From: Tubiluchus corallicola
Taxonomy: Eukaryota; Animalia; Priapulida
Length of the DNA: 64,000 nt
Assembly: GCA_030141605.1 (NCBI GenBank)
Contig: JAQGDQ010000025.1
Coordinates: forward strand, 168,907 to 232,906
Direction of reading: 5' to 3'
Shown: in pieces, positions 24,485 through 64,000 of the stretch
Layout: every line of letters begins with the position of its first letter
Numbering within the stretch: the first letter of the stretch is position 1
The notes under the pieces: generated by a model
The model's database searches: none
What the model saw: the letters and a program-made list of their open reading frames with translations, nothing else
What the model was told of the DNA's origin: nothing
Position numbers and translations under genes: made by a program

Positions 24485-27400
24485 ATGTCAAGGCCTGGGG
24501 TGAAAGGGGTGGATTCTAAAAAAGTTGTAAGTGAAGAATAACTAGTAGTATCTATCTTTGATAATGACTGTAGTTTCTTGAAGTATGACTATCGTGAATA
24601 CCTCAAGCTTGGCTTACAAATGTTTAAATTCGGTGCACTATAATGCACGGTACCACACTTGCTGGCAAACTGTCGTACTTGTTCACTGTACGGTGTAAGA
24701 AAAATGTATTTTTGTTTGTATAAGAATACTTTATCCAAAGAAATAAAGACCTAGATGGTAACTATCTATAAACGGTCCTCTCTCATATGTTTTTTGAATC
24801 TGTCAACTGATGAAGCACTGATGGTTGATGACGAAAGATGATTCCATGGATGAACTACATGATGGCCAAAAGAAGTGTGATCTGATGTTAATTCTAGCTG
24901 GTTGTACAAATAACTTTAACTCGTGACCACGAAGAATTCTATAAGCCCTGGAAAAAAGTTTGCCTCAGTCAGAACCCTATTTCCACTAATTATTTTGAAG
25001 CAGTTCACTAGGTCTTCAGGTTTAAACATGTTCTTAGAATGACTGTACTATTAGTAGGTCTAATGTTAATTCAGTTTTACTTGGTAACCTCATAATCGTA
25101 TTCGTAGATATAAGCCTCATGAATATTCATAATACCTTTGTTCTACAGTTTTAATTAACCTATCTCTTATCTAATGAGACATATTTTATCAACTTAGCAA
25201 CCACTATAATTAATTATATTGCCACTGAACCTTGTTAATTATAATTGTTTGCTGTTAATGTGTCTGCAGTATTCAAGCAGACAGTAATATTTTGAGCAAT
25301 TGTATTTGCAAGTTTGTGTTTTGCAGAGTTCTGAATTGTTTACACTCACATATGGAGCACTGGTTGCACAGCTAGTAAAAGACTATGAAAACGATGAAGA
25401 AGTGAACAAGCAGTTAGACAGAATGTATGAAAATTACTTCATTTCCATGTGCTTGGGTTCTCATTCTGTTTGATAGATAGACAGACATGTAATACAACTA
25501 TATCCTGATGCAGAAATTCTTTAATCATGTGGCCACTGGCAAGAAATAGAAACAATCATGAATTGCAGGGGCGTATTTACTATTGGCCTAATTAAGCTGT
25601 AGCCAAGAGTGCCAAAATTTGATGAGTTCCAGATTTTTGGAGCCCAGTGTAAAAAATGTTATTCTTATAGTTCTGTTCAGAAAGTGCATATTTGAAGTAC
25701 GTAATCTTCATGATTAGTTTTGAACATATATTCAAAGTTTTCTAACCTAATTATTGCTCATCGCTAAACTGGAAACAATCAGTCTTAGCAAGAGTAGCAT
25801 GTTCATGCAGTTCTGTTGAAATATCTGAATACAAGCGGGAATAGACCAGCAAATTTTTCTTTGATGTTTTTCTTGAATTTTGCCAAAAAATTTTGAGACA
25901 TAGAACTTTGTAGATGCAATCAATTTGTGAATGGGCAAGCAAGCTTCTTTTAGTTATTATTCCTGGATGTTGCCAAACATTTTGGAGATGTAGTTGTAAT
26001 CACCATAATACACTTAGAATACCAATACCTATAACACACCACAAGCAATTACTGAGTATGATTTTTATAATCTGTTTATGACAAATACAACGTAAAAGTT
26101 CTACAGCACAACTACCGTAATGAGGACAGGGATTGATCACTGTCAGCCTGGGCATCGTATTGTCTTAGTACGCCCCCGGTATAGTTCTTAAACTTTGTTG
26201 ATATTGCTGGATATATCTACTGTAGTATATGTTTTATTATTGAACAGGGGCTACAACATTGGTATTCGATTGATAGAAGATTTTCTGGCAAGATCTAATG
26301 TAACAAAATGCACAGACTTCCGAGAAACAGCTGACAATATTGCTAAGGTAGAGAATTTTCAAACTTTGTGTCATTTCCGTGCTTATCTAGAAGAAGCTAT
26401 TTAGTGCAGTGTACTAAACATCAATAATTATGCTAAATTAACACAGATTTCAAAATTAAAAAACAAAGGAAAAGAAAGAAAAGACATAGCGTTTTGAACA
26501 CCCCATACTTCTTCAGATGAGTGTAATTGACAAAAGAGAGAAAAAATACAAGTAATCACTAGCACTATTAACCCTTTCGCTACGCAGTTGCATGGTAACA
26601 GGTCTGCTTTGACTTTTGCACATTTGACAATAGCTTCTTGTGGTGTGTTACTAAAACAGAATATTGTAAATAAACAAATAGTCGTTTGTAATTAAAACAC
26701 TACTACTGAATATTAGTTTTATTTGTACACCTGTACACACATGCACTTAACTGCCCACACAAATAAGCATGTAAAAAGACTTAAAAACCAGTTTTCACAA
26801 AAGTCACAGTTGTAATCCATAATATGCAATCATTTTGCAAGGATTTCAGAAAAAGTGAGTAGACATATGTTTCATGAACCTTCAACAAGTGATTTTGCGC
26901 GAGAATGTACCATACAGTATAGTGTTGTAGAATACATTAGGCATCAGACGCTCATTGGCTGGTTAGCATTACTTTTTGCAAAGCAACCCCTATACCAATT
27001 TACACCTTTCCACAATGTTTTTGCACGGCTGTAGCAGTGAAATAAACAGACCCTGTTGGCTGCACTTGGTGCTTAGCTCGGGAGGGGGGTCCCTTACATA
27101 AAAAACATGGGCAACAGTGTGCCACATTCCATAGTGAAAGAATTGAACTATTTTTTGAATGTTTGTTATGTATATTAACATAAAAATCACATCATACTTA
27201 AAAGGACACAAGCACTTGGAAAAAACACAGAAGGACATCACACATATGAAAGGAGAAAAACGAAGAAATGTAAATTCGCTAGCCGCAATTACAAAACAGA
27301 GTACAATGGAAACTAGTAAAATGTCTAACAGGAAACATTGCTTATATACAGGAAAAAATTCTTTTTTGTTGTTTTTTAATTGTGCAATTTTTTCTTCAAA

Positions 27401-29429
27401 TATTTTATCAACAAAACCAAAATTTATAGATGCTAATAATTAATTATTTGTAATCCTCATTTCAAAATTATCAACTAGTGTGCGTTAATTGACCAGCAAT
27501 TATTTCTTTTTGGAACTAAATTAGACTGAAAAGAAAAAATGTGAAAAAGTAGGTTTATCAGAATGTCGGTTTGAATCAAAGGACCTTGGGATTACTGTTT
27601 TTCTTGCATTAAATTCAGAGACCAAAAATTCCACAAAAACTTTGGTTTTTTTTGTTAAATATACTTGAAAATTAATTCTAACTGCTATATTAGACCACCA
27701 GTCTATTTTTCATAATAAGAAGCAACGCAGAAAATATCCTGTTACTCAGAAAAATATTTTGAAAAATGAATTGTGTGTTTGGCTGTAATAAAACATTTCT
27801 TTTTTTGTTTTCTTAGGTTGGTTTTAAGATGTTCCTGGGCATAACTCCTACTGTGAGCAACTGGTCACCAGCCGGTGATGAATTCTCTTTACTAATTGAA
27901 TCAAATCCACTGATTGATTTTGTAGAGTTACCAGAAGAACATTCCAGCCTTGCTTACTGTAATATTATCTGTGGAGTTCTGAAGGGAGCTTTAGAAATGG
28001 TTAGCAGTTTTGAACATTAAAAACAGTATATAGCTAGGAATGACTGTTGAGGATGACTTTCTTGTTGTTGCTGTAGGCTCTGCTGCCGCTGGTGTTATTG
28101 TCATCACCATTGTTTCTACTGCTGGCTGCAGCCAATCTTAAGTTAATATGATACTGTAGTTGGATTTGTTCCTGTATGGTAGCGTAATGATATAAAAATA
28201 AGGCTGTAACACATAAGTTACGATACTAGCCTCACGATACGACACACTTGCATTAACACTTGCAGGTTTTTATAACAAAACTAAATGAAAACGTTGATAA
28301 TAAATGCTAAACATATTTTATCAATCAACAGTTTAACTGCTAAAATAATTCGACAAACTTTTTATTTATTACTTGTGTAATGTGTAGGCAGTTGTTTGCA
28401 TTGTAAGCCACCAGGAAAGCAAAACATATAATTACTTTAGGTTGAAATGTTGCTTGTGCATTTTCTGATTCCCTTTTGCCATTTCACAAGTTTATATGGA
28501 AACAACGTAATTAGCCTGTACAGATTAAACATCTTGCACTTTCAACCGCTTTGGCTGCTAGCAGTGCCTGTGTTAAGTCAACTACTGCTCACTACACTGA
28601 TTGTTAAGTATCTACAGTATACTATACAACTCAGCTTGAATTACTTTACATCGTTTTTATCAGCACACGGTCATGTGCGTGCTAATTTGCTAAATATCAT
28701 TCACTCAGATTATCAGGATAGGGGTGCACTTTGGCGACATATCATGATGCACGCACGATACATCGATGTGTTGTTACAGGCCTACGGATTGTGGACAACC
28801 TGAATTTGCTAAATTGACATTTCACAAAAATAGAGAACCCAGATTTTACACTTTACATCACAATATTAGAAACTGAAAAAAACACATCGCGTGAAGAATT
28901 ACAACAACATCACTGCAAAATAAATCTTTTTATAGAATGACTTATCAGACCAGTAACTGAAAAATTAAGAGCAGATGTTAGTTAAAAATGTGTTTATGAA
29001 GTGTTGGAATATGTGGTTAATAACTAATGTAATTAACTATAGGTCATTTTACATCCTAAAATAATTATATACAAAATTAACTCAATTAGGTAACTGAATG
29101 ACAGTTCACTTGGTAAAGAACCATGTTTGTAATTCGAAGGTCCCTGGTTCAAACCTACTGTAATTACCGACTTTCCGTAGATCCCTATTTACTAAATTTG
29201 GTTCAAAAGTTCATTAATTGTGTTTTTTCCGTCACGTAAAGATAGAGGCACACTAGAGAGTGGCTGAGATAGAATTCACAAATCAACTGACATTTCCTAC
29301 ACTTTTTAGGTGCACATGGAAGTACAGTGCTGGATAGTTCAAGATGTTCTGAAAGGCGATAACATTAATGAAATTAGAGTGAAATTTATTCGACGTTTAG
29401 AAGATGCATTACCTGTAGGAGAGGATTAG
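24485..29429 (+). CDS. TRAPPC3: Trafficking protein particle complex subunit 3 (Bet3), 180 aa
   Basis: Exons 24485-24526, 25327-25424, 26248-26347, 27817-27999 and 29310-29429 (543 nt). Motifs: ELFTLTYGALV, VNKQLDRMGYNIGIRLIEDFLARS, FKMFLGITP, NPLIDFVELP, GALEMV. Confidence 0.97.
25566..26178. mobile_element. hAT-like non-autonomous element in TRAPPC3 intron 2
   Basis: Short TIRs CAGGGGCGTA / TACGCCCCCG. No clear TSD. Confidence 0.5.
29100..29165 (+). mobile_element. tRNA-derived SINE-like or pseudo-tRNA fragment
   Basis: TTGGTAAAG...TTTGTAAT...GGTTCAAACC gives a D-loop-like motif, an anticodon-loop-like motif and a B box at tRNA-like spacing. The stems are poor. Confidence 0.5.
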
Positions 29430-32296
29430 CAAAAATGTAAACATGACGTCTTGTAAATATAATTGCAATTTTCTGTCAAGTGCAGTTTGCCATGCGTTCA
29501 ATTCTGCTTAACTTATTTTTGATGAATTCAGACTTTGTGTTAACTTCGAGCATTTCTATACACTTCATTTTAAGTCGCGGATTCGCTATGGATTCCATTG
29601 CGTATAAATATAGTCAAGTGACACGTGTTTAACTCAAGTCATAATAAAAGCGAATCCCCTTTTTTTGATCCTAGAGATACCCGTTGAACAGTTGCTGGAA
29701 ATGTATCTCGTTTTGCAAAATGGAACAAGCTTTGTGGCATTTGTGTGCTTAGTGGAAATGGGATTATTTTAAACTGTACAGCAGTGCTGAAATGGCCTCA
29801 AGAGTTCCTTGTTATTTCCCATTAACTACATAACAGTTTTTTTATTAGAAAAATCTCTAGCAAAATGTTTGCTCTTATAGAGGTACTCTTTAAGGTGCTG
29901 CTTATTTAACCTATAATCTGTAGCAGCCCTAAAACATTATCCCTTTTTGGGAGTTTTGTTGAATTGCACATTGTGCTTTTTAAAAGTAGTGTGCTTGTAA
30001 GAAAATGGCTATGTATTGTAATATTTGATATAATGTTACATGGTGTAATCTGTATTTACATTAAATTAACAAAGATTTTGAATTCTGTTCTTTCAAATAT
30101 TATGTGATAGTGATACAGCGTGGAAGTTTTTCTAACTTGCATTTGTATTGCTATATGTTAATTGGTTTACTTATTTGCAATTCTCTACTAAAGATAAAAA
30201 TTTCTATGTGGTTATTATTATTAGTTGCCACTGTTTTTATTTTCAGTTATCGCAAAATTGTTTGCGGTATTTTTCTAGTTATGGAATAGTAAAAATATGG
30301 TAACACTGTAAAGAACAAAATTCCGTAAAGTATGACACATTTTTATTGTTTTATGAAAATGGAAAAGAAAATAAATATACACAGATTACTGTAAAATGTC
30401 ACATATAAAAAACTTCTACACAGTTGAGTTATTTTCCAAAAGTGTTAAATAAATATTAACTCATGACATTCTAGGATACAACTTGAAACACTTCACGTTT
30501 TGACAAAGCACATGTACATGACATTGTTGCTATAAATAACAACATGTTTGCAGATTACATACAACAAATAAGTACTACAAAGTACTACCAGTCATCAACT
30601 GGTAAGGGGCTAGATGTTACAAGTACAGAAAGTACAGAAATAAGCAATCAACAAATGGCAAAATAGTAGTCAAATGGCACTAGTAAAAGTGTATTTGAAA
30701 TTTAAAAAGGGTGCTGTAATTTGCCAATCACCCCCCTCCCATTTCTGCTTGACCCAATTTCACATCCACATGCAGTCACTACATCCATTTTTCTAAATCC
30801 TGCCTATCACCCAAGTGTCTACCTTTGTACAGTTCTGCATCTGCCTCGGTAAGCATCAATTTGCTTTCCTGAAATTTCCAAATATGTTATTCAGCTTTAG
30901 CACGATTCTGCATTAGTGATTTTCTTAAGCTGGTTATCACTGAAGAATGGGTAGTGGATACTAGAAAAAGCAGTGTAAGGTACAAACTATATGGTGACTG
31001 TAATACAACTTCATGTAAGTTCACCCAGATACGCGCAATAGAGAGAAATCATGCCTGCCTGTCTGTCCTACGACATGGTTAAAGCTTGAGGCCTGTAAAT
31101 CTTGCGATCAAGCGCTGCGGATTTGAATTTTTTACAATTTTTTAAATATCTGCATAGAAGAACGTTTTGTATAAATATGCTGACTGCTCAAATGTACGTG
31201 ACTGATAAATACCTGCAGCATCTAAGTGATTTATGATTCATTAGCAGGGTATCACACAACAATCGCTAACATATGTTAAACACACACGACACGACAGTGG
31301 CTCTGTTTCACACAGATATTTAGTATAGTGTTCTTTTGCATTATAATGTGTGTCCATGCAGAAAATACATTTTTAGCTAAAATAAACTTTGCGTATATCT
31401 GTATCTGGCTCCAAGTTCAAGTACATAATGATACGATAATTACTATGGTGGCTGTACAGAGATTTAGTATAATTTTAAATGACAGCTACAATCCATGTGG
31501 ATGCAGAAAATACATTTTTGCAGTCGTCTCCACATATATCAATCTCATCGGAGCAACTATACACCTCTAGTTAAGAGAAGTACAATGAAATTTACAAGTG
31601 TAATTACCTTGCTTATTGAACAGTGATTGACAGGAATGTTCACCATACACAGTTGTTACAAGCCTGCTCCATTGCTCACTGATAATCACTGCTGTTTTGT
31701 CACTCATAGGATTACGATTAAGAGAAAACATACAACTTTTCGGCACCTTTTTATTCATGCTTTGCAAAAATTCCAAATTAACTAGTAAAATACCGAGCAG
31801 CAACAAAATCTACGTCGAATAAGTTAAAGTTTTTATTGGCAGCCAGTCAGCCTTGTATACACCTCCAAGTTTTTTAGTTACACCCTGTTAACCGAGATCT
31901 ATTATTTATGGATTCTGTAATCTGCATGCCACCTGCACATCTGACAAAACACAAAAATAAAAGTCACACTTGTTACTATTGTTCACGGTTTTCACAAATG
32001 ATATTAGTGACAAAAGTTTGGTAAATCTGCGCACTTGGGATTATCTTCTATGTGAACTGGTGGTAGAAGCGCTTTGTGTCATCTCACATTTTGATGCCCG
32101 ATTATTTCAAATAGATTTATTTCATAGCACCTAATTTTTCACATTCACAAAATGCCAGAATGCCACCATGTCCACTGAGAGGTATGCCTGCTTTACCATT
32201 CTAACGCAACTTTTCGTAAGATAGTGTCTCCATGGGCAAGAGTATGCGGAATGATTTTAAAAGAGCGAAAACAGAGGTAAATTACAGTAACTGAAT

Positions 32297-62036
<29,740 letters not shown>

Positions 62037-62204
62037 TACCTATGACGAAATTTTAAATTTTAAACAGTACAAAAATTCATGACTTTATCATTCAGTGCCA
62101 AAACATTCAAAAAATACATCAGATTCATCAACAGCTTTTAGTTATAATCAATGGTTTGTTACTTTCATTTTAACCAATTTTAGTGCCATCTAAGAGGTTA
62201 AATT

Positions 62205-62335
62205 TAGGAGGTTAGGTCCGTTTCCCAGAATTTTTTTTCACAGAAAAACAATTTTTCCCAGAAAATAATTCCTAGAAAACTCGTTTCACAGAAAAAAACA
62301 TTTCCCAGAAAGAATTTTTAACAGAAAAAACAGTC
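62205..62335. repeat. Short TTTCMCAGAA repeat cluster next to AGGTTA motifs, probably a transposon remnant
   Basis: TTTCCCAGAA or TTTCACAGAA occurs about 5-6 times. Confidence 0.6.
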
Positions 62336-62371
62336 ACATCTTTAATTGCTAAATCTGTCATTTTAGTAACT

Positions 62372-62730
62372 TCTCGATTTCTCTTTGCTTCTGCCACTTT
62401 ACCTTCTTTCCCTCCGTACCTACTCTCATCCTCTCTCTTTCTCTAAATCCTTATCTGTCTCCCCATCTTCCTTTCTCTCTCTTTCTACCCTTACTTTCAT
62501 TCTCTTTTTCTCCTTGTTTCTCTCACTTTTGTCTTCCCCTACAATCTCTGTCTCCCTTCCTCTTCTTTGTCTCTTCCTCCTCCTCTTTCTTCCTCTTCAT
62601 TTCTTCACTCCTCGCTCTCACCCCTCTTGTTCCTTCCCTTTCTCTTTCCCTCTCTCTCTCTTCCTCCCAGTCTAGCACTCTCTCCACATTCTCTCTACAT
62701 CGCCACTCCCTCTCGTTACCCTCTTTCAGC
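62372..62730. repeat. Polypyrimidine (CT-rich) low-complexity tract
   Basis: About 350 bp almost entirely C/T on the + strand. Confidence 0.9.
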
Positions 62731-63370
62731 TTTTTTATTTATCTGCAGTGCTCTAACTAATGACTATCAGAAATGAAAATCATTTCAAACAACTTAATGC
62801 TTAAGGGGAAACCTTGTATTTTTAATTTTGTTTTACAAAAATATTTTGTTTTCAAACTTCTTTGTCACAATTTTAAGTTGTTTTTAGGATGAAATTGGTT
62901 GCTCAAAGTAATTTGCACCGTAAATATGATTGCTGCATGTAATAACTTCAAATACAAGTGAATTTCACAGGATTTAGAAAAGGGTCTAATAAATAATATA
63001 GAAAAAGAAAACACCAAGGCTTTCAGATTTGTGAATATCTTGTGGTCTAGAAAAGCCCAACAAATTTGCAATTTTTTTACAGGTTCCTTTATGGCACTAC
63101 CGCATCCTAGTTAATTGGCAAGATAATCCAGTAAGATGTCGTCAAACTCGCAGAGATGTTGACCACAGTCACATCTGGATGCATGTATATCTTCCTAGAC
63201 ACAGAGAAACAAACGAAATAATTCCAAGTCACAGTAAAAGAAACTGCGTTGCCAAGTCAGGCATTGCCAAACTTTGGTAGCCAAGCACACATCAATCACT
63301 CACTAATCATATCTTGCCTCACTATTCTTGACAAAAATCAGTTGCAGCTAATCTGAACATGGTCATTGTT

Positions 63371-63765
63371 TTCTTATATTAATTTTTATGTTTTCTTTTT
63401 ACTTCTTTCCTTCTGTTTTCTTTCTATTAAATGTAATACAGCTCTTCTTTATTCTCCTCTTCTGTCATCATGTTCATTCTTTATTTCAAACAAGACCCCC
63501 TTTATAGCTACCATGCAGCAAACTTCATTACTTTTATATAGTAGGGTGGCTGACGCGCGCCATTTTCTGGCATATTTCGGTTATCAGTTTTCAAACAATA
63601 TGAAAGTAAATTAAAAATCAAATTAGTACAGTTAAACTGCTGTTATCGGTCTTTTATAGTATGCTTAGGGAGTCAAAAATTACTTTTTCTTGTTGTTTTT
63701 TTCAACTATATAAAAAAGTTGTAAATGCATCAGTTGTATTACTGTAGTATGCTTTGAAAAATCAG
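63371..63765 (+). mobile_element. Second copy of the dispersed repeat at 1945-2242, interrupted by an insert of about 120 bp starting TAGGGTGG
   Basis: Colinear similarity on both sides of 63542-63660. Confidence 0.6.
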
Positions 63766-64000
63766 TAGATTAACAAGATGAAACGCTTAATGCGTTCACT
63801 AAAAGATGAAAAGATTTGATATGCAATTTAATACTTTCACTTCTAAGCCGCCAACAACTACAAATCACAAATCTCTGCCTTTTCTGACAAAAGCAGCAAT
63901 CAGCAAGACCAGCTCTAAGCTGCGGAGCATTAGAATTCTCGCTTTGTTAGCGGCCATTCGCAACGACCACATGCTTGGATACTCTTGATCCGCTTCACAA

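Noticed and set aside
24800-24890. Hammerhead ribozyme (CTGATGA...CGAAA) or C/D box snoRNA (TGATGA...CTGA) in TRAPPC3 intron 1
   Set aside because: Hammerhead stems I and II cannot be formed convincingly. There is no terminal stem or recognisable rRNA guide for a snoRNA. An Infernal or snoscan run would settle it.
26568-26590. piggyBac-like left end TTAACCCTTTCGCTAC
   Set aside because: No matching right end found, so no element could be delimited.
29427-29456. Readthrough of the TRAPPC3 stop (TAG CAA)
   Set aside because: The context CAAAAA does not fit CARYYA, and the protein already has the normal length and end.
30824-30855. Plus-strand 16-nt microexon (TACAG|TTCTGCATCTGCCTCG|GTAAGC)
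   Set aside because: It lies past the TRAPPC3 stop exon in the probable KDM1A 3' UTR with no plausible partner exons, so it is likely chance.
62220-62312. Cluster of STAT sites (TTCCCAGAA)
   Set aside because: Part of a short tandem repeat typical of transposon remnants, with no independent support.
62385-62776. Hydrophobic Leu/Ser/Phe-rich ORFs resembling membrane proteins
   Set aside because: Translation of a CT-rich low-complexity tract.
63800-64000. First exon of KDM1A
   Set aside because: The region is GC-richer but has no convincing minus-strand donor. The exon may lie beyond the window.

Overview
AT-rich, intron-rich genomic DNA from an invertebrate animal (probably a protostome; inferred from the Toll type). 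I assembled six protein-coding genes by hand, with all introns GT-AG and all frames closing: Syncrip/hnRNP Q/R (-, 633 aa), DNAJB13 (+, 319 aa), COX17 (-, 62 aa, absent from the ORF track), TRAPPC3/Bet3 (+, 180 aa), KDM1A/LSD1 (-, 800 aa, 17 coding exons) and a 1190-aa multi-cysteine-cluster Toll receptor with an uninterrupted ORF (+) nested antisense in a 12.7-kb KDM1A intron. The rest is an 86-bp satellite, a 95-bp minisatellite, hAT- and piggyBac-like MITEs, tRNA- and 5S-derived fragments and LINE-like tails. The most notable observations are four. (1) Syncrip has a candidate distal 10-nt microexon and a terminal exon readable in three frames, which would switch the C-terminus. (2) The Toll gene is nested in KDM1A. 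(3) The 95-bp array reads as back-to-back intron-like units (YAG|GTGAG) on the KDM1A strand. (4) A 74-bp duplication creates a frameshifting twin splice acceptor in KDM1A. All splicing and regulatory claims are sequence-only predictions.
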